Below, piece after piece: positions 8,167 to 17,076 of a stretch of DNA of 64,000 nucleotides. The notes under the pieces are model-generated. The model searched no databases. It was given only the letters and a program-made list of their open reading frames with translations, and had not been told where the DNA came from. Within the stretch, counting starts at the first letter, position 1, and every line of letters starts with the position of its first letter. Both the position numbers and the translations under genes were made by a program. This DNA is from Candidatus Nealsonbacteria bacterium (GTDB taxonomy: Bacteria > Patescibacteriota > Minisyncoccia > Minisyncoccales > JAGMDC01): the NCBI GenBank assembly GCA_030612885.1, contig JAUWMZ010000004.1, forward strand, positions 17,631 to 81,630. Reading direction: 5' to 3'.

Positions 8167-9450
8167 GTGGCAAGAAAGCCGAAATTTCAAACTTTAACAG
8201 GAATGCATGATGTTTTACCTGACAAGCAGAAGTATTTTCAAAAGATTTATAATACATCCAAGGATATTGCTAACTTTTGCGGTTTTGAAAAAATTGATAC
8301 GCCCATAATTGAACAGGCTGAACTTTTTGAAAAAGGAACTGGTTTGTCTACTGATATTGTTCAGAAAGAGATGTATAGCTTTAAGACCAAAGGAGGGGAT
8401 TGGGTAACCTTAAGGCCAGAGGGGACCCCGTCCATTGTCAGGGCTTATATTGAACATGGCATGCAGTCTCTTCCTCAACCAGTGAAGCTTTGGTACTCTG
8501 GTCCTTTTTTCCGGCATGAACGTCCCCAGGCTGGCCGTTATAGACAGTTTAATCATATTGGTTTTGAGATATTAGGCGAGAAAAATTCAGTCATTGATGC
8601 TCAAATCATTCAAGTTTTCTATAATATTTTAAAGGAATTAAAGATTAACGATATAATAATAGAGATAAACAGTATTGGAGATTCCCACTGCAGGCCCTAT
8701 TACAAAAAATTGTTAGTAAGTTATTTGAAAAATCGAGAGAGTTTGCTGTGTTCTAATTGTAGAAAGCGACTTAGAGAAAACCCTTTAAGAGTTTTAGATT
8801 GTAAAGAAGAGAGATGCAAGAAAGTAGTCAGTCAAGCACCTCAGATGATTGACCATCTCTGCGATGAGTGTAATCAGCACTTTAAAGAAGTTTTAGAATT
8901 TTTAGATGATATGGAGCTTCCTTATAATCTTAGTCCATATTTAGTTAGAGGTCTTGACTATTATACTAAAACCGTTTTTGAAATATATCAAGATACAGAA
9001 GAAGGCAGAAAGCAGGGCTCTTTAGCGGGTGGAGGAAGATATGATAGATTGGTTAAACTTTTAGGAGGAAGAGATGTACCAGCTTGCGGTGCCGCATTAG
9101 GAGTAGAAAGAATAATGAATGTAATGGAAAATATAGGGGTTCGGCTTCCTCAATCTTCTTCTCCCCGAGTTTTCTTGGCCCAATTAGGCACTCTTTCCAA
9201 GCAAAAGAGTTTGAAACTTTTTGAGGAGTTCAGAAAAGCTAAAATTCCAATAGCTGAATCGTTTAGCAAAGATTCTTTAAAAAGCCAGTTAAGAATAGCT
9301 GATAAAACAGGAGTGGATTATACTTTAATCCTTGGTCAGAAAGAGGTTTTTGAAGGCATAATAATTTTAAGAGAGATGAAAACAGGAAAACAGGAAACCG
9401 TGAAGATAGATAAAATAATTAATACAATGAAAAGGAAACTAAAGAAATAA
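8167..9450 (+). CDS. hisS: histidyl-tRNA synthetase
   Basis: GTG start; GMHDVLP, LRPEGTPSIVRAY, FRHERPQAGRYRQFNHIG class II motifs, GGGRYD. Confidence 0.92.
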   Translation: MARKPKFQTLTGMHDVLPDKQKYFQKIYNTSKDIANFCGFEKIDTPIIEQAELFEKGTGLSTDIVQKEMYSFKTKGGDWVTLRPEGTPSIVRAYIEHGMQSLPQPVKLWYSGPFFRHERPQAGRYRQFNHIGFEILGEKNSVIDAQIIQVFYNILKELKINDIIIEINSIGDSHCRPYYKKLLVSYLKNRESLLCSNCRKRLRENPLRVLDCKEERCKKVVSQAPQMIDHLCDECNQHFKEVLEFLDDMELPYNLSPYLVRGLDYYTKTVFEIYQDTEEGRKQGSLAGGGRYDRLVKLLGGRDVPACGAALGVERIMNVMENIGVRLPQSSSPRVFLAQLGTLSKQKSLKLFEEFRKAKIPIAESFSKDSLKSQLRIADKTGVDYTLILGQKEVFEGIIILREMKTGKQETVKIDKIINTMKRKLKK

Positions 9451-9451
9451 T

Positions 9452-9808
9452 ATGGCTTGTCTTTTTTGTCAAATTATAAATAAAGAGATACCAGCTGATA
9501 TAATGTATGAGGATGAAAAATTTGTAGTTTTCAAGGATATTAAACCAAAAGCTCCTATTCATCTCTTAATTGTTCCTAAGAAACACATTCTATCTGTCCA
9601 ACATTTAGAAATAGAGGATAAAGAGCTAATAGGAGAATTATTTCTTCTGGCCAAAAAAATAGCCCAAGAAAAAGGCATTGCCGGAAAAGGATATAAATTA
9701 GTTTTTTGTGTTGGAAAGGGAGGAGGGCAAACAATAGAACATATCCACCTACATTTACTTGCCGGCTGGAAAACGGCTGAAGAAAGAGATATTCCCGGAA
9801 TGCCATAA
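9452..9808 (+). CDS. HIT-family (HinT-like) nucleotide hydrolase
   Basis: CLFCQII..., histidine triad HIHLHLL. Confidence 0.88.
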   Translation: MACLFCQIINKEIPADIMYEDEKFVVFKDIKPKAPIHLLIVPKKHILSVQHLEIEDKELIGELFLLAKKIAQEKGIAGKGYKLVFCVGKGGGQTIEHIHLHLLAGWKTAEERDIPGMP

Positions 9809-9832
9809 AAAAATCAAAAATTTTAAAAAAAT

Positions 9833-10051
9833 ATGCCTATTCAAATAAAAAAACAACCTAGAGAAAATTCTCAATCTTTAACCAGACGCTTTTCCAGAAG
9901 AATTCAGAAAAGCGGGATTTTGCGTCGGGCAAAAAAAAATAGATTCAGAGAAGAATCAAAAAGCAAACAATTAAGAAAAAGAGCGGCTCTAAGAAAAGAA
10001 GAATTAAAGAAAGAATACGAAGAATTAAGAAAACTTGGTAAAGTAAAGTAG
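9833..10051 (+). CDS. rpsU: 30S ribosomal protein S21
   Basis: 72-aa highly basic ORF, ...ENSQSLTRRFSRRIQKSGILRRAKKNRF... S21-like pattern. Confidence 0.75.
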   Translation: MPIQIKKQPRENSQSLTRRFSRRIQKSGILRRAKKNRFREESKSKQLRKRAALRKEELKKEYEELRKLGKVK

Positions 10052-10071
10052 ATTATCAAAACAGTAAGCAT

Positions 10072-10542
10072 ATGATTGAAATTAATAATCTAACAACCAG
10101 TCCAGTAGATGAGGATTTTTTAAAAAAAAATGCTAAAATGGTCTTAGACGAAGAATTCGCCGTCCGCCAGCTGGCGGAGCGGAAAGAAGAAGCTAATTTA
10201 TCTATTGCTTTTGTGGGTCAGGGAAGAATGAGGGAAATCAATAAGAGATACCGGGGCAAAAATCGGGTTACTGATGTTTTAAGTTTTCCAGAATCCAAGG
10301 TTTTATTACAAAAATTTAAGGTAGGTCCTGCTCAAAAAATTCAGGGCTTAGGGGAAATAATCATTTGTCTGCGTGAAGTTAAAAAAAATGCTAAAAAATT
10401 TAATTCTTCTTTTGAAAAAGAATTAAATAGGGTTTTAATTCATGGGATTCTGCATTTGCTGGGATATGACCACGAGAAAGGCGAAGAGGAGGCCGGGAAG
10501 ATGGAAGAGAAAGAAAAATATTATTTGTCAAAAATATTTTAG
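10072..10542 (+). CDS. ybeY: rRNA maturation endoribonuclease YbeY
   Basis: Zn-binding HGILHLLGYDH; VTDVLSFP motif. Confidence 0.88.
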   Translation: MIEINNLTTSPVDEDFLKKNAKMVLDEEFAVRQLAERKEEANLSIAFVGQGRMREINKRYRGKNRVTDVLSFPESKVLLQKFKVGPAQKIQGLGEIIICLREVKKNAKKFNSSFEKELNRVLIHGILHLLGYDHEKGEEEAGKMEEKEKYYLSKIF

Positions 10543-10548
10543 TTTTTT

Positions 10549-11772
10549 ATGGCAAAAAATCATTTTATCACTGGTTTAGATATAGGAAGCGGTTCTATCA
10601 AAGGTTTGACCGTTTTGAGAAAACAAGATTCTCCAAATTTTGAAGTTTTGGGTAGGTCGGAAAAGTTTTCTTTGGGAATTAGAAAGGGAGCAATAGTTGA
10701 TCCTGAAACAGTTTCTAAAAATATTCGCTGGGTGATAAATCAGCTTGAAAATGAGTCCGGTCAGAAAATTGACGATGTTTATATTAATTTGGGCGGAAGC
10801 CATATTTTTTGTACTCCTTCTCATGGTACTGTGGTTGTTTCTCGGGCTGACCAGAAAATTTCTAAAGAAGACATTGATAGAGTACTTCAATCAGCTCAAG
10901 CATTTTCTTTACCTTTAAATAAGGAAATTATTGAAATTTTCCCTAAAGAATTTATTGTTGATGGAGAAGGAGGGATAAAACAGGTTGAAGGAATGAGGGG
11001 CGTAAAATTGGAAGTAGATGCTTTGGCGATCTGCGCTTTCACTCCTTATTTCAATAATCTAACTAAGGCAGTTTCAAATTCAGATATTCAAGTTGGAGAC
11101 ATTATTCCTTCTGCTTTAGCTTCAGCCAAAGCAGTTCTTACTCCCCACCAAAAAGAATTAGGGGTGGTTTTAATAGACATTGGCGCTGGCACTACCTCAT
11201 TAGCTGTTTATCAAGAAGGAGATTTGATTTATACTGCTGTTTTTCCAATTGGTTCTGCTCATATTACGCAGGACATTGCTATTGGATTACAAACGGACAT
11301 TGATGTTGCCGAGAAAATAAAAAAGCAATTTGGCACTTGTATTTTAAACGGTAGCGGAAGCAATAAAAAAGAAAAAATTTTAGCATCGCAGAACTCTCCT
11401 TTAGTTTTTTCCCGCAAAATGCTGACCAAAATTATTGAAGCAAGGGTCTCGGAAATTTTTAATTTGGTCCAGAAAGAAATAAAAAAGATTACTCCTCAGC
11501 CCCTGCTTCCGGCAGGTATTGTTTTAACCGGCGGCGGGGCGAAAATACCCAGAATTGTAGAGCTGGCTAAAAAAGAATTAAAACTTCCAGCCCGGCGTGG
11601 ATTTCCTCAAGGATTTTCAGAAATAGAAGAGGATTCTTCCTTAAGCGTTGTCTGCGGTTTAGTGTTAGAAGGAGCAGATTGGTCTAAAGAGCCAAGTTTT
11701 TCCGGCTTCAGTGCCGCTGGCAAAGGGATTCTCGGAAAACTCAAAAAGATATTTAAGATTTTTATACCATAA
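10549..11772 (+). CDS. ftsA: cell division protein FtsA
   Basis: Actin-fold motifs GLDIGSGSIKG, LIDIGAGTTSLAV, VLTGGGAKIP; C-terminal amphipathic helix GKLKKIFKIFIP. Confidence 0.92.
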   Translation: MAKNHFITGLDIGSGSIKGLTVLRKQDSPNFEVLGRSEKFSLGIRKGAIVDPETVSKNIRWVINQLENESGQKIDDVYINLGGSHIFCTPSHGTVVVSRADQKISKEDIDRVLQSAQAFSLPLNKEIIEIFPKEFIVDGEGGIKQVEGMRGVKLEVDALAICAFTPYFNNLTKAVSNSDIQVGDIIPSALASAKAVLTPHQKELGVVLIDIGAGTTSLAVYQEGDLIYTAVFPIGSAHITQDIAIGLQTDIDVAEKIKKQFGTCILNGSGSNKKEKILASQNSPLVFSRKMLTKIIEARVSEIFNLVQKEIKKITPQPLLPAGIVLTGGGAKIPRIVELAKKELKLPARRGFPQGFSEIEEDSSLSVVCGLVLEGADWSKEPSFSGFSAAGKGILGKLKKIFKIFIP

Positions 11773-11990
11773 TCTATGCAAAAAAAACGAAAATTTTAAT
11801 TGGGATCTTAATTGGGGTTTTAGTTATAATAATTTTACTCATCGGAATTTTAGCTTGGCGGTATGTACCATTTAGATACCCTATCCCATAAATTTCTAGA
11901 AAATAAATTAAAAATTCGCAAAATTATCAAAGATTGAATAATTTTGAATTTTCGTTTATGCTTTCTACTTTTCGTTTTTCGGAGTAAAAT

Positions 11991-12416
11991 ATGAAAAACT
12001 CTAAAGGCATAAAAAATAATAGTTTCAATAAAAATACCAGATATTGGTTAGATAGTTCTGAAAAAGATTTTCAAGCTGCTCAAAGTTTGTTAAAATCAAA
12101 ACATTATTCTCAATGCTTGTTTTTCTGCCATCTATCTGTGGAAAAATTATTAAAAGGAATTGTTACGCAAACGATAAAAGATTATCCTCCTTTTACGCAC
12201 GATCTGCGAAAATTAGCCAGAATAGCTGGTTTAGATTTGAGTCCCAGTCAGAAGAAAGTTTTAGACAAAATTTTTAGCTTTAATATTGTGGGACGTTACG
12301 CTGGGGCAAAATTAGAATTTTATAAAAAATACAATAAAAAGGAATATGCCCAAAAATATTTGAAGATTACACAAGATTTACTTCTATGGCTAAAAAAAGA
12401 ATCCCCAAAAAAGTAA
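11991..12416 (+). CDS. HEPN-domain protein (TA-like partner of the downstream nucleotidyltransferase)
   Basis: 141-aa helical ORF, ...SQCLFFCHLSVEKLLKGIV...THDLRKLARIAG... typical of HEPN; overlaps next ORF. Confidence 0.7.
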   Translation: MKNSKGIKNNSFNKNTRYWLDSSEKDFQAAQSLLKSKHYSQCLFFCHLSVEKLLKGIVTQTIKDYPPFTHDLRKLARIAGLDLSPSQKKVLDKIFSFNIVGRYAGAKLEFYKKYNKKEYAQKYLKITQDLLLWLKKESPKK

Positions 12417-12718
12417 TTACTGTAGTACAGGGATACGCTAAACGATTGGCAGAAAAAGATAAATTACCAATAAAAAAGGTAATCATTTTTGGTTCCTATG
12501 CCAAAGGAAAACCTCATAAATGGAGCGATGTTGATGTCTGCGTTATTTCACCTAAATTCAAGAGTGGATTTGAAGCATTGCAATTTTTGTTAATAAGAAG
12601 GAATGAACAAGAGGTGATGGCTGGTTTGGAGCCTGTAGGTTTTTCTGATAAAGATTTTAAAGAAGGAAGCAGTTTAATCCAGGAGATTAAAAAAACTGGT
12701 GTAAGAATAAAAGTTTAG
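12386..12718 (+). CDS. minimal nucleotidyltransferase (MNT-type)
   Basis: GSYAKGKPHKWSDVDVCVI = GSxxxGx(n)SDxDxxV Pol-beta NTase motif. Confidence 0.8.
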   Translation: MAKKRIPKKVITVVQGYAKRLAEKDKLPIKKVIIFGSYAKGKPHKWSDVDVCVISPKFKSGFEALQFLLIRRNEQEVMAGLEPVGFSDKDFKEGSSLIQEIKKTGVRIKV

Positions 12719-12754
12719 TTATAAACAATCAAAAATATTTAAGATTTTTATACC

Positions 12755-13696
12755 ATGACAAGTTTAGCTAAAATAAAAGTAATAGGGGTTGGCGGGTCTG
12801 GTTCTAATGCTGTTTCCAGAATGATGAAATGTAAAATTCAAGGCATTGATTTAATTGCCATTAATGCTGATGCCCAAGATTTAAAGCATACTTTTGCCCA
12901 TCAGAAAATTCGTATTGGCAAACAAGTAACTAAGGGTTTAGGTACGGGTATGAATCCAGAAGTGGGAAGGAAAGCAGCTGAAGAAAACAAAGAAGAGATT
13001 GAAAAGGTTTTAAAAGGTTCAGATATGGTTTTTATCACCTGCGGGCTTGGCGGCGGCTGCGGATCCGGCGCTTCTTCAGTAGTGGCTGAGATTGCTAAAA
13101 AGCAAGGGGCTTTGACTATTGCCGTGGTTACCAAGCCATTTTTTTTTGAGGGCAATCAGCGTCAGGCCATAGCTGAAAAAGCATTGAAAAATTTAAGAGA
13201 GAAAGTAGATACTCTGCTTATTATTCCCAATGACAAAGTTCTTTCTTTGATTGATAAAGAAACAACCTTACTCTCTGCTTTTTGGGCCTGCGATGAAGTC
13301 CTTAGAGAAGCGGTTCAGGGAATTTCCGATTTGATTGTTTTTCCCGGTATTATCAATGTTGATTTTGCTGATTTAAAAGCTATTATGAAAAACTCTGGTC
13401 CTGCTTTGTTCGGCATTGGTTATGGAAAAGGAGAAAACAGAATAGAAGAAGCAGTGAACCAGGCTATTAATTCTCCTTTGCTTGATTTCTCAATTCAAGG
13501 AGCGAAAGGCCTTTTATTTAATGTCAGCGGAGGAAGAGATATTAGCTTAGAAGAGGTCAGAAATATTGCCAATATTATTACCAAACATACTAGCCCCAGA
13601 GCAAAAGTAATTTTTGGCGCTGTTCAGGATAAAAATTTATCCAAAGGAGAAATAAAAATTACTGTTATTGCTACTGGGTTTAATAATAATGATTAA
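12755..13696 (+). CDS. ftsZ: cell division GTPase FtsZ (core only, no C-terminal linker/peptide)
   Basis: GVGGSGSNAV, tubulin signature GLGGGCGSGASS, NVDFADL; ORF ends 7 aa after VIATGF. Confidence 0.92.
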   Translation: MTSLAKIKVIGVGGSGSNAVSRMMKCKIQGIDLIAINADAQDLKHTFAHQKIRIGKQVTKGLGTGMNPEVGRKAAEENKEEIEKVLKGSDMVFITCGLGGGCGSGASSVVAEIAKKQGALTIAVVTKPFFFEGNQRQAIAEKALKNLREKVDTLLIIPNDKVLSLIDKETTLLSAFWACDEVLREAVQGISDLIVFPGIINVDFADLKAIMKNSGPALFGIGYGKGENRIEEAVNQAINSPLLDFSIQGAKGLLFNVSGGRDISLEEVRNIANIITKHTSPRAKVIFGAVQDKNLSKGEIKITVIATGFNNND

Positions 13697-14003
13697 TTTA
13701 AATGACCAAAATTTTCAAGAAGAAGTGCTTAATAACGACAAGCCGTTTTTAGTTGATTTTTGGACAGATTGGTGTGTTCCCTGCAAAGTTATTGCTCCTT
13801 TTGTAGAGAAAATTGCTGAAGATTATAAAGATAAGATAAAAGTCGGCAGGCTTAATGTAGATGAAGCCAAACAAACGGCTATTGCTTACGGAATTGAAGC
13901 TATTCCTACCTTAATTATTTTTAAACAAGGTCAGATAGTAGATAGAATAATTGGGGTAGTGCCTGAGCAGGTTTTAATCCAAAAAATAGAACAACATATT
14001 TAA
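13689..14003 (+). CDS. trxA: thioredoxin
   Basis: Start moved to ATG 13689 (MINLNDQNF...); WTDWCVPCK active site; AIPTLIIFKQG. Confidence 0.9.
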   Translation: MINLNDQNFQEEVLNNDKPFLVDFWTDWCVPCKVIAPFVEKIAEDYKDKIKVGRLNVDEAKQTAIAYGIEAIPTLIIFKQGQIVDRIIGVVPEQVLIQKIEQHI

Positions 14004-14074
14004 AATTTTTAAAATTTTTTTGTCTGTAAAGATATCATATATACTGCAGCCGCGGCATATGTGATACAATTTTT

Positions 14075-14344
14075 ATGAACGATAAAGCAGTAGAGAATTT
14101 AATAAAGGATTACAAAAAATACGCTGAAGAAAACGGATTTAAACTAAACTCTGATAAAAAGATAGTAGAGGTTTTAATCAAAAAATTATTAGAAAACGAG
14201 AAAAAGTACGGTGAAAGATATTGTCCTTGCAGATTAATCACTGGTGATTGTGAAAAAGATAAAAAAAAGATTTGCCCTTGTGTTTTTATGGATTCTGAAA
14301 TAAGAAAACAAGGTCATTATTATTGTGATTTGTTTGTAAAATGA
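14075..14344 (+). CDS. ferredoxin-thioredoxin reductase catalytic-subunit-like protein (variant third Cys motif)
   Basis: [10 protein letters not shown]...ICPCVFM...YYCDLF; the CPC/CPC pattern of FTR beta chain, with CHC replaced by YYC. Confidence 0.7.
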   Translation: MNDKAVENLIKDYKKYAEENGFKLNSDKKIVEVLIKKLLENEKKYGERYCPCRLITGDCEKDKKKICPCVFMDSEIRKQGHYYCDLFVK

Positions 14345-15264
14345 GAAAAATTAAGGCATTAGTTTTGTTTTCTGGCGGATTAGATTCAATTTTAGCAGCA
14401 AAGATTTTAATGGAACAAGAAATTAAATTAAAAGGAATAACTTTCAAGAGTTATTTTTTTAATGTAGAGCAGGCAAAAAAAGCTGCTAAACAAATCAAAC
14501 TTCCCTTAAAAATTATTGATTTTTCCAAAGAGCATTTAAAAACAGTAAAAAATCCAAGGCATGGTTACGGAAAAGCAATGAATCCTTGTATTGACTGCCA
14601 TATTTTAATGTTAAAAACCGCTAAAATGATTATGAAAAAAGAAAAGTTTGATTTTATTATTACTGGTGATGTTTTAGGAGAGCGGCCAATGTCTCAAAAC
14701 AAACAGGCCTTAGAGTTGATAGAAAAAGAATCTTCTTTAACCGGATATTTATTACGACCCTTATCTGCTAAGTTATTAAAACCAACTATTCCCGAAAAAC
14801 TGGGCTGGGTAAACAGGGAAAAGCTTTTAGACATTTTTGGCCGTTCGAGAAAAAAACAAATTGCCTTAGCTAAAAAATACAAAATAAAGGAATATCCCAC
14901 GCCAGCTGGCGGCTGTTTATTAACTGATTTGGAATTTGCTAAACGGCTAAGAGAATTATTGAAAATTTATCCAAAATGCACTGGTAATGATATTGAATTA
15001 TTAAGATTAGGACGGCACTTTTTAGAAAATAGAACAAAAATTATAGTGGGAAGGAATGAACAGGAAGATAAAATAATAAAAAGGTTAGCCAAGAGACAGG
15101 ATGTTTTAATAGAAATGAAAAATTATCCTGGTCCCTTAACTTTAATCAGAAGTTATGAAAGAGGAAAAATTTCAAAAAATATTATAAAAAAAGCTCAAAA
15201 GTTGACTCAATATTATTCAACCAAAGCCCGTCACAAAAAAGATATAGAATTTAGTGTTGAATAA
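14341..15264 (+). CDS. PP-loop ATP pyrophosphatase, ThiI/MnmA-like tRNA thiolation-type enzyme
   Basis: PP-loop LFSGGLDS; NPCIDCH; TGDVLGERPMSQ...LLRPL resembles the ThiI AANH domain. Confidence 0.6.
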   Translation: MRKIKALVLFSGGLDSILAAKILMEQEIKLKGITFKSYFFNVEQAKKAAKQIKLPLKIIDFSKEHLKTVKNPRHGYGKAMNPCIDCHILMLKTAKMIMKKEKFDFIITGDVLGERPMSQNKQALELIEKESSLTGYLLRPLSAKLLKPTIPEKLGWVNREKLLDIFGRSRKKQIALAKKYKIKEYPTPAGGCLLTDLEFAKRLRELLKIYPKCTGNDIELLRLGRHFLENRTKIIVGRNEQEDKIIKRLAKRQDVLIEMKNYPGPLTLIRSYERGKISKNIIKKAQKLTQYYSTKARHKKDIEFSVE

Positions 15265-15270
15265 AGCGAA

Positions 15271-15301
15271 ACGAGGTCGGACCTCGTCTTCGTACTTTTT
15301 T
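15271..15301 (+). terminator. intrinsic terminator
   Basis: acgagg-tcgga-cctcgt stem-loop followed by a T-rich run. Confidence 0.55.
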
Positions 15302-15330
15302 ATTTTTAAGAATTAAGATATAATTAAAAA

Positions 15331-16527
15331 ATGACTTTTTCTAATCTAAATTCAGTTTCCTATTTATTTTTCTTCCTGAAAAGAGAATCAGATAGATTTT
15401 TTACCAGTATTGCTATACGAGGTTTTGGGTTTGGAATGATTACTATATTTGTGCCAATTTATATCTATCAACATTTTAATTCTCTCCCTTTAACTTTTTT
15501 ATTCTTCGCCGGAATTTATGGATTGCAAGGAATTTTAATTCCATTTGGCGGTCAAATAATGATGAAAATCGGCCTTAAAAAAGCTATGCTTGTTTCCCTT
15601 CCTTTTTTTTGGGGATTTTATATCTGTCTGCTTTATTTTGATGTCTCTCAGTTATTTATCTTCTTATCTATAATTTTATATGTGTTGGGAATGATTTTTT
15701 TCTGGCCTGCTTATCATACTAATTTTGCTCGGGTCTCTGAAAGAAAAAAATTAGGAAAAGAAGTAGGAAAACTTAATTTTGTAGTTGCTTTGCCAGGAAT
15801 TTTAGCTCCGGCTATTGGCGGAACTATTATTGCTCTTTTTGGCTACCCTACTTTATTCATAACAGTTTTAGCTGTGCTTTTTAGTTCAGCTATTCCTTTA
15901 TTTTTATCAAAAGATATACATCAAGTTTATACTGACTCTTATCTAAAAGCATATCAAAGAATATTTAAAAAAGAAAATAGATATCACAATTTAGCTTTTG
16001 CCATTTTTGGTATAGAGGCAACAATAAATAACTGCATTTGGCCTATATTTTTAGCTATTTTAGCTATCGGCTATATTGCTATTGGAAGCGTGGCTAGCGT
16101 AGCTTTAATGGTCTCTTTATTTTTTACCTTGTATATGGGCAGAATTACCGACCGTCTGAATAAAACCAAACTTTTAGCCCTTGGTTCAGTACTTACTTCC
16201 GGCGCTTGGCTCGGAAAGTTTTTTGTGTTTAGTCCTATTTCCGCTTTTTTAGCTCAAGGATTTTATAGGTTTGCCAGGACATCAGTGGAGATTCCTTTCC
16301 AAACCATTTTATATGAAAAAGCAGAAGACAAAGGCGCAGAAATTGATGAATTTATTATTTATAGAGGAATGGCAATAGCGCTTCCTCGCTGCGCTTTTCT
16401 TATAGTTTTAGCAGGGCTGTCTTTTGTTATTTCTAACATAAACTTTGCTTTTATTTTGGCGGCGGTCTTTTCGTTAGGATTTATATTTATGGGAAAAATC
16501 CCAGAATTAAAATCCTGGCTTAGATAA
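15331..16527 (+). CDS. MFS-like polytopic membrane transporter
   Basis: 398 aa, about 10-12 hydrophobic segments, loop motif GRITDRLNKTK resembling MFS signature. Confidence 0.5.
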   Translation: MTFSNLNSVSYLFFFLKRESDRFFTSIAIRGFGFGMITIFVPIYIYQHFNSLPLTFLFFAGIYGLQGILIPFGGQIMMKIGLKKAMLVSLPFFWGFYICLLYFDVSQLFIFLSIILYVLGMIFFWPAYHTNFARVSERKKLGKEVGKLNFVVALPGILAPAIGGTIIALFGYPTLFITVLAVLFSSAIPLFLSKDIHQVYTDSYLKAYQRIFKKENRYHNLAFAIFGIEATINNCIWPIFLAILAIGYIAIGSVASVALMVSLFFTLYMGRITDRLNKTKLLALGSVLTSGAWLGKFFVFSPISAFLAQGFYRFARTSVEIPFQTILYEKAEDKGAEIDEFIIYRGMAIALPRCAFLIVLAGLSFVISNINFAFILAAVFSLGFIFMGKIPELKSWLR

Positions 16528-16536
16528 TAGTAAAAA

Positions 16537-17049
16537 ATGCTAAATAATATAGATTTTTATATTTTTCAACAGATAAATAATTGGGCTGGTCAATGGGCAT
16601 GGATTGATATGCTCGGTATTTTTTTTGCTAAATATTTTGGATATATTTTAGTTTTTTGTTTATTTTTGTTTTTAATCAAAAATTCCAAAAAGTATTGGCA
16701 AATGGTTTGGCAAGCAATCTTTGCTGGAATTATCTCTCGTTTAGTTTTTACTGAAATTATTCGCTGGATTTTTCCAAAATCCAGACCCTTTATAGAGAAC
16801 AACGTTAATTTATTACTAAATCATACCAATTCTTCTGCTTTTCCCTCTGGCCACGCTGCTTTTTATTTCGCCATATCTTCGGTTATCTATTTTTATAATA
16901 AAAAAATCGGCATATTGTTTTTTACAGCCAGCTTTTTAATTTGTTTAGCCAGAGTTTTTTGCGGCATCCATTGGCCATTAGATATTCTTGCCGGAGTATT
17001 ACTCGGCATTTTCTCCGGCTGGCTAATAATAAAAATTTTCAAGAAATAA
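16537..17049 (+). CDS. PAP2-family phosphatase (undecaprenyl-diphosphatase-like)
   Basis: KSRPF, PSGH, ARVFCGIHWPLD = PAP2 tripartite motif; membrane protein. Confidence 0.8.
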   Translation: MLNNIDFYIFQQINNWAGQWAWIDMLGIFFAKYFGYILVFCLFLFLIKNSKKYWQMVWQAIFAGIISRLVFTEIIRWIFPKSRPFIENNVNLLLNHTNSSAFPSGHAAFYFAISSVIYFYNKKIGILFFTASFLICLARVFCGIHWPLDILAGVLLGIFSGWLIIKIFKK

Positions 17050-17055
17050 TGTCTT

Positions 17056-17074
17056 GCAAACACCCTGTGTTTGT
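17056..17074. other. conserved hairpin ACAAACAC-NNN-GTGTTTGT family, copy 2
   Basis: gcaaacac-cct-gtgtttgt; same stem sequence as 3731-3749 and 53802-53826. Confidence 0.6.
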
Positions 17075-17076
17075 AA

